Shown here: positions 1-9,300 of the stretch, piece by piece
How the letters are laid out: every line of letters starts with the position of its first letter
How positions within the stretch are numbered: the first letter of the stretch is position 1
NCBI GenBank assembly: GCA_963662795.1
Contig: OY759746.1
Location: 992,001-1,056,000 of the forward strand
DNA: 64,000 nucleotides
Direction: 5' to 3'
DNA from: Spirochaetia bacterium
GTDB taxonomy: Bacteria > Spirochaetota > Spirochaetia > CADAEX01
The notes under the pieces: generated by a model
The model's database searches: none
The model's input: only the letters and a program-made list of their open reading frames with translations
What the model was told of the DNA's origin: nothing
Made by a program: the position numbers and the translations under genes

Positions 1-81
1 AATCAGGTGCCCTGTTGAGGACACAGGGAGGAATTCTGTAAGCCCTTCGATAATTCCAAGTAAGACAGCTTTAAAGAGCAT
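1..81 (-). CDS. uppP: Undecaprenyl-diphosphate phosphatase, 5' end only (runs off the window)
   Basis: Not in the ORF track. Reverse strand from ATG at 81 reads [27 protein letters not shown], the BacA/UppP N-terminal signature ([14 protein letters not shown]). The ATG overlaps the clc stop (TGATG). Confidence 0.93.
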   Translation of the reverse strand, partial: MLFKAVLLGIIEGLTEFLPVSSTGHLI

Positions 82-1559
82 CAGCTTTGACCGTTATTCC
101 GTGAAGCCCCGGCAGATTTTCCGGACAGTGCTTCTTCAATAAGCCTTCTGCTGTGGGCGGGGGATTTAAACCTGTTGTCAACCTGGCTTTTGTATATCGT
201 AAAATTCTTTGTCATTACAATAGTTGTAAGACATACAATAAGGAGAGGAGGTAAAAGCGCGAAAGTCCCTCCAATCTCGCAGACCATTATTACAGAGCCG
301 AAAGGGGCTTTTGAAATTGCGGCGAAAAATGCCGCCATGCCGACAAGCATCATGGACTGGGGGTCAGGAACAGGCAGGGAAAATCCGGTCCAGGTAAGAA
401 ATCTTGAAAATGCTATCCCGAGCAGACCGCCGATAATAAGTGCGGGCCCGAATATACCTCCGGACCCTCCCGGAGCAATGAAAAGAGTTGTCGCTGCCAT
501 TTTTGCAATAATAAACATAGCGACAATAATTACGCCGGGATGAGCCTCGATTACATCAACAAGTACGGATAACCTGGGGCCGAGAACAATCGGAAACAGC
601 AATGCCATTAACGCGGTAATGACTGCTCCGAAGAAAGGAAAAAGGTACGGGGGAAGTGAACTCTTTGAGCAGAATTCCCTTATATTATCAAAAGCCTTTA
701 CAAAGAGCCATCCTGATGCTGAGCACAGGAAAGTAAACAGGATATAAGATGGAATTTCACATATTCCGTTAAACGTATATACAAGATTCTTTACGGCAAA
801 TCCGGACGGATCAAAAAAAGAAGCGACAAAATAACCTGTCACAGAGGCAAGGAGAGAAGGGACAAGTGCCCTTGTCTCATAATCCTCCCTGTAAAGCATC
901 TCGATTGCTGTAAGTGCGCCGCCGAGAGGGGCAAGGAATACTGCACCTATTCCCGCAGCTACACCTGTTACCATATAGATGTGGGCGTCGTCCCTTATCT
1001 TTTTTATTTTGCCCGCAATCCAGGAACCTGCCCCGGCTCCCATGAGGACTATCGGCCCCTCAAAACCGCCCGAAGCCCCGAAGCCGAGGTTAAGGGTTGA
1101 GGCAAAAAATTTGACAATCGGGACAGAAGGCCTGATAACAGCGTTTTTATGGTGAAATGCTGCGATGTATGCGGCGCTCCCGGTTCCGGAAGCATCAGGC
1201 GCATAACGGTACACAATCCAGGAGGCAAGCAGTGCGGCAAGGGGAAGAAAAACAAGAATGCTCCAGCCGGGAAGCGTCCGGAAAGCGCTTTCCTCGCCCA
1301 GTGACCCAAGATAGCTTGCACGGGCCAGAAGGTTAACGGAATATTTAAAGAAAACCCCGATTAATCCGCAAACCATTCCGATCAACAGGGAATAAAAGAT
1401 CTTTGTCCAGTCGGTAACACCGATTTCTGTCGCAGACAGCCTGTCCAGAGGCCTGAATTTTTTCTTTTTATCCAGAATTGCCTTTTTATATAACAGGCGG
1501 AATCTCGTAAATTTATTTTTGCTGTCAGAGATCAAGTTCACCCGCTTTTCCCGGTACAT
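81..1559 (-). CDS. CLC-family chloride channel / Cl-:H+ antiporter, no CBS domains
   Basis: Multi-TM protein with CLC motif variants GTGSA (GSGIP), GFEGP (gating Glu kept), APLGG and GGIFGP. The exact start is uncertain. Confidence 0.9.
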   Translation of the reverse strand: MYREKRVNLISDSKNKFTRFRLLYKKAILDKKKKFRPLDRLSATEIGVTDWTKIFYSLLIGMVCGLIGVFFKYSVNLLARASYLGSLGEESAFRTLPGWSILVFLPLAALLASWIVYRYAPDASGTGSAAYIAAFHHKNAVIRPSVPIVKFFASTLNLGFGASGGFEGPIVLMGAGAGSWIAGKIKKIRDDAHIYMVTGVAAGIGAVFLAPLGGALTAIEMLYREDYETRALVPSLLASVTGYFVASFFDPSGFAVKNLVYTFNGICEIPSYILFTFLCSASGWLFVKAFDNIREFCSKSSLPPYLFPFFGAVITALMALLFPIVLGPRLSVLVDVIEAHPGVIIVAMFIIAKMAATTLFIAPGGSGGIFGPALIIGGLLGIAFSRFLTWTGFSLPVPDPQSMMLVGMAAFFAAISKAPFGSVIMVCEIGGTFALLPPLLIVCLTTIVMTKNFTIYKSQVDNRFKSPAHSRRLIEEALSGKSAGASRNNGQS

Positions 1560-1586
1560 TGACCGGACATGAATCCTGTAACCGGA

Positions 1587-2879
1587 TCAGATATTCCCGG
1601 TCCGGTTTTTACTGCCGATCCTGTCGAATCCTGTATATGGAATGAGGTTTTCAGGGATCAGAATTGATCCGTCTTCCTGCTGAAAGTTCTCAAGAACGCA
1701 TATAATCGCCCGTGTAAGGGCCATTGCTGTTCCGTTAAGCATATGAAGAAATCTGTTACCGCTGTCTGATTTATATCTGATGCCCAGTCTTCTCGACTGG
1801 AAATCCGTGCAGTTTGATGTGCTTGTAATCTCTCCCCACTCTCCGCCTTCACCACGTCCCGGCATCCATGCTTCAAGATCATATTTTCTGTAGGCCGATG
1901 CACCAAGATCACCGCTGCAGGTGTCAACTACGCGGTACGGGATATCAAGCCCCTGAAATATCTCTTCTTCCGTTTCAAGGATATACTGATGGAATGAATC
2001 TGACTGCTCAGGAAGGCAGTATACAAACATTTCAATTTTGGTAAACTGATGAACCCTGTAGAGCCCTCTCGAATGCTTACCCGCGGCTCCGGCCTCACGC
2101 CTGAAGCAGTGTGAAATACCTGCCATTTTAACAGGCAGCCTTTCAGGATCAAGTATTGAATCGGCATGGTATCCGCCGAGTGTTATCTCTGCGGTCCCGA
2201 CAAGGCAGGTGCCTGTCCCCTCAAGGGTATAGATATTGCTTTCCTCGCCGCGGGGATTAAAGCCGATGCCGGAAGCAACCTCTTCCTTTGCAATATCCGG
2301 TGTTTCAACAAGGGTAAACCCTTTTTTGGCAAGTTTATCAAGCGTATACCTTATAAGGGCGAGTTCAAGGAGAACAGCCTCGTTTTTAAGATAATAAAAC
2401 TTCGGCCCCGAAACTCTTGCCGCGGTTTCGAAATCCACAAGATCTAGCGCCTCGGCAAGAACGACATGGTCTTTGGGCTTGAAATTAAACACAGGTATTT
2501 TCCCGACCCTTTTTATCTCTGTGTTGTCCTTGTCTTCCTTGCCGACCGGGACATCAGGATGGGCCATATTGGGAATTGTGAGCATTTCGGCGTTAAAGGC
2601 AGCCTCTTTTTCCGCGAACAGAGCCTCGGCGCCGGAAATCTTTTCCTTGAGGGCCTTGCCTTCCTCTATAAGGACGGCCCTTTCCTCAGGGGAAAGTTTT
2701 CCCTTCATCTTAGCCGCGTTTGAGTTCCTCTGCTGCCTCAATAGTTCAATCTCCTGCTGCAGCGTATTTTTCTCATCATAAAGCGCGGCAACAAGGTCTG
2801 CATCCGCGCGCATGTTTCTGTTAATTATATTCTCTTTAACAGATTCAAGGTTTTCTCTGATAAATTTTATATCAAGCAT
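1587..2879 (-). CDS. serS: Serine--tRNA ligase
   Basis: MLDIKFIREN start, coiled-coil arm, GTAE, CFRREAG, RGLYRVHQF, EITSTSNCTDFQSRR, HMLNGT motifs. Confidence 0.98.
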   Translation of the reverse strand: MLDIKFIRENLESVKENIINRNMRADADLVAALYDEKNTLQQEIELLRQQRNSNAAKMKGKLSPEERAVLIEEGKALKEKISGAEALFAEKEAAFNAEMLTIPNMAHPDVPVGKEDKDNTEIKRVGKIPVFNFKPKDHVVLAEALDLVDFETAARVSGPKFYYLKNEAVLLELALIRYTLDKLAKKGFTLVETPDIAKEEVASGIGFNPRGEESNIYTLEGTGTCLVGTAEITLGGYHADSILDPERLPVKMAGISHCFRREAGAAGKHSRGLYRVHQFTKIEMFVYCLPEQSDSFHQYILETEEEIFQGLDIPYRVVDTCSGDLGASAYRKYDLEAWMPGRGEGGEWGEITSTSNCTDFQSRRLGIRYKSDSGNRFLHMLNGTAMALTRAIICVLENFQQEDGSILIPENLIPYTGFDRIGSKNRTGNI

Positions 2880-3017
2880 AGTAAGGCAATTTTATAATAA
2901 AAATCAGGGGAGTGACAAGACAGGGGGAGAGTTCTTTATATACCGTTACTGAAATACAGTTCTTATCAGGTTCTGCAATATATAATGGGCATCCGCTATT
3001 AATATCCTCCAAAGCAT

Positions 3018-3046
3018 TTGACATTAAACCTTAAAAATATTTTAAT
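3018..3046 (+). promoter_or_regulatory. Sigma70-type promoter of the XPB gene
   Basis: TTGACA-17 nt-TTTAAT, ending 9 nt before the ATG at 3056. Confidence 0.65.
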
Positions 3047-3055
3047 CATATAAAT

Positions 3056-4720
3056 ATGCCAAATAACAAACCGGTAATAATTCAAAGCGACGCGGCTATG
3101 CTTTTAGATGTTCACGATCCTGCCTTTGAAGAGGCAAGAAATGATATTTCAGTCTTTGCCGAACTTGAGAAATCACCGGAACATATTCATACATACAAAC
3201 TTTCATCCCTCTCCCTGTGGAACGCGGCTTCAGCCGGGATTACTCCCGGGCAAATAATAGAGCGGCTCGAGAAGTGGTCAAAATTTGAGATCCCTGAAAA
3301 CATAATATTCAGGATAAAGGAAAGCGCGGGGCTTTTCGGCAAGATAGTGCTTATCCAGTCCGACGACCCCTACAACCTTCTGCTTAAGGTAAAGGAGACA
3401 AGGCTTTATAACGAAATCAAATCAATAAGAAAACTGTCAAAAATCCTCTTTCCCACAGGAGATAACGACCAGACTTTTACCTTAAAACTTGTAGACAGGG
3501 GGACCATAAAACAGGAACTTATTGCATCAGGTTATCCTGTCAAGGATGAGGTACCGCTTAAAAAAGGCGCTCCGCTTGATGTTTCGCTCAGGGAAAACAC
3601 CCTCGGAGGATACCCCTTTACCGTAAGGGATTACCAGAGAGAGGCAGCGCTCGCTTTTTACGGAGACGGCAAACCCGGTAACGGTTTCGGAACAATAGTT
3701 CTTGCATGCGGATCAGGAAAAACAATTGTGGGAATGGCTGTAATAGATATATACAAAACACAGACTCTTATTCTAACCACAAATATAGCAGCTGTGCACC
3801 AGTGGAAAGATGAGCTGCTTGATAAAACAAACCTTACTGAAGATATGATCGGCGAGTACAGCGGAGACAAAAAACTGATATGTCCTGTGACAATCGCAAC
3901 TTACCAGATTCTGACCTGGAGACCTGACAGGGAGTCGGATTTTCCCCACTTTGATATTTTCAGAAAAATGGACTGGGGACTTATTATTTATGATGAGGTA
4001 CATCTGCTTCCCGCCCCTGTTTTCAGGGTTACGGCAGAGATACAGGCGATAAGCAGATTAGGCCTTACAGCTACCCTTATCAGGGAAGACGGCAGGGAGA
4101 CAGATGTTTTTTCACTTGTAGGGCCGAAAAGATATGACTGCCCCTGGAAAGAACTGCAGGCAAAGGGGTGGATAGCTGAAGCCAACTGTTTTGAGATAAG
4201 GGCAGAGCTTCCTGAAAACCTTGAAGTGCCCTATGCTGTCGCTGATAAAAAAGAGAAATACCGTCTTGCCGCGGAAAATCCCGCTAAATTCGAAATTGTA
4301 AAAGAGCTCCTTGATAACCATCCTGAGGATTCAATCCTTATTATCGGGCAGTATATATCCCAGCTGAAAAAGATGCAGGAGATGATAGGGGTGCCGATTA
4401 TTACCGGGCAGACGCCAAATATGGAGAGGGAGAAAATATACGATCTTTTCCGGCACGGGAAAGAGAGGGTAATAATAGTCTCAAAGGTTGCAAATTTCGC
4501 GATTGACCTTCCTGATGCTTCCGTTGCCATACAGATTTCGGGAAGCTTCGGGTCGAGGCAGGAGGAAGCGCAGAGGCTGGGAAGAATATTAAGGCCCAAG
4601 GAAAAAAACGCCTATTTCTACAGCATAATTTCACACAGGACAGTTGAGGAAGATTTTTCGGCAAACAGGCAGAAGTTCCTTACCGAACAGGGATATAAAT
4701 ATCACATAGAACTGTGGTGA
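3056..4720 (+). CDS. Bacterial XPB/ERCC3/Rad25-like SF2 DNA helicase
   Basis: N-terminal ELEKSPEHIHTY...SLWNA, Walker A ACGSGKT, DEVH, GLTATLIRED (RED motif), QEEAQRLGRILRPK. Confidence 0.93.
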   Translation: MPNNKPVIIQSDAAMLLDVHDPAFEEARNDISVFAELEKSPEHIHTYKLSSLSLWNAASAGITPGQIIERLEKWSKFEIPENIIFRIKESAGLFGKIVLIQSDDPYNLLLKVKETRLYNEIKSIRKLSKILFPTGDNDQTFTLKLVDRGTIKQELIASGYPVKDEVPLKKGAPLDVSLRENTLGGYPFTVRDYQREAALAFYGDGKPGNGFGTIVLACGSGKTIVGMAVIDIYKTQTLILTTNIAAVHQWKDELLDKTNLTEDMIGEYSGDKKLICPVTIATYQILTWRPDRESDFPHFDIFRKMDWGLIIYDEVHLLPAPVFRVTAEIQAISRLGLTATLIREDGRETDVFSLVGPKRYDCPWKELQAKGWIAEANCFEIRAELPENLEVPYAVADKKEKYRLAAENPAKFEIVKELLDNHPEDSILIIGQYISQLKKMQEMIGVPIITGQTPNMEREKIYDLFRHGKERVIIVSKVANFAIDLPDASVAIQISGSFGSRQEEAQRLGRILRPKEKNAYFYSIISHRTVEEDFSANRQKFLTEQGYKYHIELW

Positions 4721-4763
4721 CATTATTTCAGGGAACAGGATCAAACCTCAAAGACAATACCTT

Positions 4764-4801
4764 ATAATAAAGCTGCCCGGCAATGCAGGCAGCTTTATTA
4801 T
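4764..4801. terminator. Bidirectional intrinsic terminator between XPB and tctA
   Basis: ATAATAAAGCTGCC-loop-GGCAGCTTTATTAT inverted repeat between convergent genes. Confidence 0.8.
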
Positions 4802-4834
4802 TTTTTAAATTCATATAATTTTTAAATAAGCTGA

Positions 4835-6343
4835 TTATTCAACTATTTCTTCAGCCTCTATAATGGCTTTTCCTGTCTTTGCCTTTTTTATAATGTTTAT
4901 TATCGGGAAAGCCAGAAGTAATGCAATAAGGCCCCAGAGAATCCATGCAATCGTGCTCCCGAAGAAAATTGATGCGGAACCGTCTGAAATTGTAAGAGCC
5001 TGGGCAAATCCGCGCTCTGCTATCGGTCCCAGAATCATTCCCAGAACTACAGCGCTTGTTGAAAACCCGGTCCTGCCGAGAATTAATCCGATAACAGCGA
5101 AAATAAGCATAATCCAGATATCGAAAACACTGTTGTTCATGGAATAGGCGCCTACTACAGCAAACATTGAAACCGCGGGAATAAGAATTGCCGAAGGAGT
5201 AAGAGATATTTTGGAGAAATACGGCGCAAAATAAAGTCCTACAACAAGAAAAACAATATTTGCAAGAAAAAGTGACAATATAAACCCGTATGTAATTGTG
5301 CCGTGAAGCGTAAACAGCTCAGGACCGGGAATAAGTCCGTGAATCATCAGCCCGCCGAGGAGGGCAGCGGCAACACTGTTTCCTGGGATTCCCAGCGTCA
5401 ATGTAGGAATAAGACTTCCCCCGACGCATCCGTTGTTGCCAGATTCTGCCGCGGCAATGCCTTCCGGGTTGCCTTTTCCAAACGTGTTTCTGACCTTGGA
5501 CATCTGTTTGGCAAAGTTATAGGAGATAAAAGCCGCAATTGTAGCCCCTTCACCGGGTAGTATCCCCACTACTGTGCCGGCAGCTGTTCCTACAGCAATA
5601 AATTTACCCATTCCTTTGGGCATTTTTTCCCTTTTGATGGTTTTGAGGTCTACCTTTCCCTTAACTATACTTCCAAGCCCTGTAAGTTCCATCATCTGCG
5701 TGACTGAAAACATACCGATAAGGGCAGGCATGAACGAAACCCCGTCGTAAAGATCCCTTATTCCCATTGTATAGCGCAAATGCCCTGAAATAAGATCAGT
5801 GCCGATTACAGCGACAAGCAGCCCCATAAATCCGGATAATAAACCCTTAACAAGGTCCTCTTCAGCAAGTGAGACAACACCGGCAAGCCCCATAAGCGCA
5901 AGGAGAAAATACTCTGCAGGTCCGAACCTCAGTGAGACAGCCGCAAGGGGCTGTGCCACAAGCAGAAGCAGAAACGCAGAGACTATCCCGCCTGTAAAAC
6001 TTGCGATAACTGAAACCTTAAGGGCAAGTCCCCCATGACCCTGCTGGGAGAGAGGATACCCGTCAAGGGCGGTCGCGGCGGCGGCCGGCGTACCCGGAGT
6101 AAAGAGAAGAATAGCGGGGATTGAACCGCCGTACATGGCTCCGCAGTAAACCCCTCCCATAAGAATCAGCCCTGTTATTGGAGAAAGGGAGAAAGTAACC
6201 GGTATTAAAAGGGCTACAGCCATTGTTGCTGTAAGGCCGGGTATGCCGCCGACAACAATTCCTGAAATACTTCCTATGACAACTGCCAGCAGGTTTTCCG
6301 GCCTGAAAAGGGTCAATATGATAGCAATAAAATCAATTTCCAT
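4835..6343 (-). CDS. tctA: Tripartite tricarboxylate transporter large permease
   Basis: GxxPGL repeats, YGGSIPAILLFTPGTP, ESGNN, PTLTLGIPG, GLIPGP motifs; about 500 aa, hydrophobic. Confidence 0.95.
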   Translation of the reverse strand: MEIDFIAIILTLFRPENLLAVVIGSISGIVVGGIPGLTATMAVALLIPVTFSLSPITGLILMGGVYCGAMYGGSIPAILLFTPGTPAAAATALDGYPLSQQGHGGLALKVSVIASFTGGIVSAFLLLLVAQPLAAVSLRFGPAEYFLLALMGLAGVVSLAEEDLVKGLLSGFMGLLVAVIGTDLISGHLRYTMGIRDLYDGVSFMPALIGMFSVTQMMELTGLGSIVKGKVDLKTIKREKMPKGMGKFIAVGTAAGTVVGILPGEGATIAAFISYNFAKQMSKVRNTFGKGNPEGIAAAESGNNGCVGGSLIPTLTLGIPGNSVAAALLGGLMIHGLIPGPELFTLHGTITYGFILSLFLANIVFLVVGLYFAPYFSKISLTPSAILIPAVSMFAVVGAYSMNNSVFDIWIMLIFAVIGLILGRTGFSTSAVVLGMILGPIAERGFAQALTISDGSASIFFGSTIAWILWGLIALLLAFPIINIIKKAKTGKAIIEAEEIVE

Positions 6344-6358
6344 AATTACACCTGTTTC

Positions 6359-6808
6359 CTAATAACCGAAAATCGAGCCGCGGGGCAGCGGGACCTGCAG
6401 TAAGCTTACAAACAAAACCTGCAGAAACAGCAGAAGCCCGGCTGACGCGAAAATGATTGTTTTTATTTTTCTGTGCCCCATAAAATACATGGTTGCGGGG
6501 AGAAATAAGGCTGTTGAGAGTATGAAGCCGAAATACGCGATCAAAAGTATATACACAATAAGAAGAATCAGAAAAGCGAAAAACTTTTTTTTATCTGTGT
6601 AAAACTCAACTGGCTCATTATCATTTTTCCTGTAACTGTAATAAATCTGCAGCAGGGAAAGAATTCCCGTGCTAAGGGCAAGAAACCTTATATAATTAGC
6701 TGTGCTGTTCTGACTTACCGAAGGGAAGTCCGCAGTACTGCGGTAAAGCAGTACTGCGATAACAACACAAAAAAACAATATGATAAAATCAACTACTTTT
6801 TTTGTCAT
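6359..6808 (-). CDS. tctB: Tripartite tricarboxylate transporter small membrane subunit
   Basis: Four TM segments, C-terminal LQVPLPRG, lies between tctC and tctA. Start moved to ATG 6808 (SD-like CAGGAAG upstream). Confidence 0.85.
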   Translation of the reverse strand: MTKKVVDFIILFFCVVIAVLLYRSTADFPSVSQNSTANYIRFLALSTGILSLLQIYYSYRKNDNEPVEFYTDKKKFFAFLILLIVYILLIAYFGFILSTALFLPATMYFMGHRKIKTIIFASAGLLLFLQVLFVSLLQVPLPRGSIFGY

Positions 6809-6822
6809 TATACTTCCTGTAA

Positions 6823-7788
6823 TTAATTTCCCCACGGGGCAGCATCATAAACCACCTGTGTCTGTGCTTTGAGTTCTTCAAGGTGTTCCCTGTATTCCTT
6901 GCTGTTCATAGGAGCAAGAGAGATAAGCTGTTTTTCCATGAGGTCCTTGAATTCAGGGTCGGCAAGCACTTTTACAAGAAGGTCATCAAGAGCTTTTGTA
7001 ATCTTTGAGTCTACAGATGCCTGGCAGACAAGCCCTCTTGTCGCTGTCATGTAAAATTCATATCCCTGTTCTTTTGTCGTGGGAATTGACTTTTCCATTT
7101 CAGATCTTTTTCTTGTTGTAATGGCTATAATTTTAACTTTGCCTGACCTGTAATTTGCAAGCATCTGGGAAAGGTTCATGAAAGCAACATCAACATGTCC
7201 GCCTAAAATGGCAGCTTTCTGCTCTGTTGAGCCATTGGTGGGCATAATGTTGAATTCCACCCCTGCGATTTTCTCAAAATTCTTTGCCGCGATATAGTCA
7301 TCGCTTCCGATTCCGTTTACCGTCGCAACAAGTTTACTGGCTTTCGCTGCGGCCTTAAGCTCATCAAGTGTATTTATAGTACTTTTTTCAGGTACTACAA
7401 CAATACCGGGATCCTCAACTATGTTGCCGATATAGTGAAAACTGTCGAGGCTGTAGTGGGCAAGACCCGAGCAGATATGTGATACAATCTGGGGGGTAAA
7501 AAGCATACCGAGGTTGTAACCGTTCGGCTTTGCATCCGCAATTTCATCAAACCCCTTGAGCCCGCCTGATCCGCCGATATTGACAACTACAAAGTTGGCT
7601 TCCGGCCAGTATTTTTTGGCAATCTGGCCGAACTGTCTTGCTGTCGCGTCAGTTGATCCGCCCGCATTTGACGGAACAACAATGTTGATCGGTTCTGACG
7701 GATAAGCAGCTCCTTCTTTACTGCCGCCTGCATATACAGGCAGGATCATAGCTGCCGCAAGGATCAATAAGATAATTGTCTTCTTCAT
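6823..7788 (-). CDS. tctC: Tripartite tricarboxylate transporter substrate-binding protein (TctC/Bug)
   Basis: Signal peptide, YPSEPINIVVPSNAGGSTD, NIGGSGG, AILGGHVD, IPTTKEQG motifs. Confidence 0.93.
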   Translation of the reverse strand: MKKTIILLILAAAMILPVYAGGSKEGAAYPSEPINIVVPSNAGGSTDATARQFGQIAKKYWPEANFVVVNIGGSGGLKGFDEIADAKPNGYNLGMLFTPQIVSHICSGLAHYSLDSFHYIGNIVEDPGIVVVPEKSTINTLDELKAAAKASKLVATVNGIGSDDYIAAKNFEKIAGVEFNIMPTNGSTEQKAAILGGHVDVAFMNLSQMLANYRSGKVKIIAITTRKRSEMEKSIPTTKEQGYEFYMTATRGLVCQASVDSKITKALDDLLVKVLADPEFKDLMEKQLISLAPMNSKEYREHLEELKAQTQVVYDAAPWGN

Positions 7789-7834
7789 TTTAAAAACTCC
7801 TTTTGTGAATAAAAAATCTATCCTGTTTTAATAG

Positions 7835-7851
7835 TGCAAAAAGAGTGCCAA
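7835..7851 (-). promoter_or_regulatory. Sigma54 (-24/-12) promoter of tctCBA
   Basis: Minus strand reads TTGGCAC-TCTTT-TTGCA, a consensus TGGCAC-N5-TTGCW, 46 bp before the tctC ATG and just downstream of a GAFTGA activator gene. Confidence 0.9.
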
Positions 7852-7912
7852 GTGGAATTTATCTGTATTTTAACTGATTATCGCCTGATTTGATGAAAAT
7901 AAAGCTTCACAC

Positions 7913-7962
7913 AGTGTGCTGTTTTACACACTTCAGGAAGATAGTGGGCCGTTTGGCACACT
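7913..7962. promoter_or_regulatory. Two tandem imperfect palindromes, candidate enhancer (UAS) sites
   Basis: AGTGTGCTGTTTTACACACT (7913-7932) and AGTGGGCCGTTTGGCACACT (7943-7962), 30 bp apart, about 60-110 bp upstream of the -24 box. Confidence 0.65.
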
Positions 7963-9300
7963 GATATTATACTTTATGATCCTGTTGTAAAGAGCCTTCC
8001 TGTCAATATTAAGCAGTTTTGCCGCCTTTGACTTGTTCCAGTCCGATTTTTCAAGAGCTTCAATCAATACATTTTTCTCAATATCCGAAAGGTTATAGTT
8101 TTGCGCCACTGCCCGGGTTGAAACAGCTGCATCCTCAAGCTCATCCGGCATAAGCTCCTCATCAAGGACATCCCCCGAGCTTATAACCATCATCCTTTCG
8201 ATGCAGTTTTCAAGTTCCCTGACATTACCGGGCCAGCTTAAACTGATTAATTTTTCCATCAGGGACGGAGAAATCTTTTTGGGCGGAATATTGTTTTTTT
8301 CAGAGACGCACTTTATGAAACTCTCTGCAAGGAAGGGGATATCTCCTTTCCTGCTGCGCAAAGGGGGGACTGTTATGTTTATCACATTCAGCCGGTAATA
8401 AAGGTCCGACCGGAACCTCTTTTCTGAAACTTCTTTTTTTATGTCACGGTTGGTTGCCGTAATCAGACGGAAATCTACATTTACATATTCAAGGCTGCCG
8501 ATTCTCTGTATCTGTTTCTCCTGAAGCACCCGCAACAGTTTTGCCTGGAGTTCAAGGCTCATCTCCCCGATCTCATCAAGGAAAAGCGTCCCCCCGTCCG
8601 CAAGTTCAATTCTCCCCTTTTTTCGGGCAGAAGCCCCTGTAAAAGCCCCTTTTTCAAAGCCGAACAGTTCGCTCTCAAGCAGCCCTGCCGGGAGGGAAGA
8701 GCAGTCCACGACAACAAACGGGGAATTTTTTCTTCTGCTGTTCATATAGATACTTCTGGCAACAAGTTCCTTACCGGTTCCGCATTCCCCCTCTATCAGA
8801 ACGCTTGAGTCAACAGGCGCCACAGTTTTTATCAGTTTGAACATTTTAATCATTGCCGCGTCTTTGCCTATTATTCTGTCGAGCCCCCATTCTTCCTCAA
8901 GCTTTTCTTTCAGCGCTGCATTTTCTTTTCTGATTTTCTTCTCGGAAACAGCCCTGCTGATTTTTATCTTCAGGAGGTCGTAATCGATCGGTTTGGTTAT
9001 ATAGTCATATCCCCCTGATTTTATTGCATCAACAGCGCTTGATATTGACCCGTAAGCGGTCATAATTATTACAGGTATTGACTCATCCGTTTCCCTGATT
9101 TTTTTAGTTAATTCTATCCCGTCCATGACATCCATTTTGAGATCTGTAAGGACAAGATCGGGATGGGAACCCTTGATCAGTTTAAGGGCGGATTTACCGT
9201 TATCAGCATCGCTTACCTCATATCCTGAATTTTCAAGGATCCCCTTTAAAACCATTCTTATGTTAAGTTTGTCATCAACGATAAGTATTTTTTCATTCAT
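7933..9300 (-). CDS. Sigma54-dependent response regulator (NtrC/AtoC family; REC-AAA+-Fis HTH)
   Basis: REC (IVDD, TDLKM), GECGTGKE, ESELFGFEKGAFTGA, LFLDEIGE, WPGNVRELEN, C-terminal NKSKAAKLL HTH. Confidence 0.96.
   Translation of the reverse strand: MNEKILIVDDKLNIRMVLKGILENSGYEVSDADNGKSALKLIKGSHPDLVLTDLKMDVMDGIELTKKIRETDESIPVIIMTAYGSISSAVDAIKSGGYDYITKPIDYDLLKIKISRAVSEKKIRKENAALKEKLEEEWGLDRIIGKDAAMIKMFKLIKTVAPVDSSVLIEGECGTGKELVARSIYMNSRRKNSPFVVVDCSSLPAGLLESELFGFEKGAFTGASARKKGRIELADGGTLFLDEIGEMSLELQAKLLRVLQEKQIQRIGSLEYVNVDFRLITATNRDIKKEVSEKRFRSDLYYRLNVINITVPPLRSRKGDIPFLAESFIKCVSEKNNIPPKKISPSLMEKLISLSWPGNVRELENCIERMMVISSGDVLDEELMPDELEDAAVSTRAVAQNYNLSDIEKNVLIEALEKSDWNKSKAAKLLNIDRKALYNRIIKYNISVPNGPLSS

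Noticed and set aside
2880-3055. T-box leader for serS
   Set aside because: No T-box motif; promoter-like boxes lie about 9 nt from the ATG, leaving no leader.
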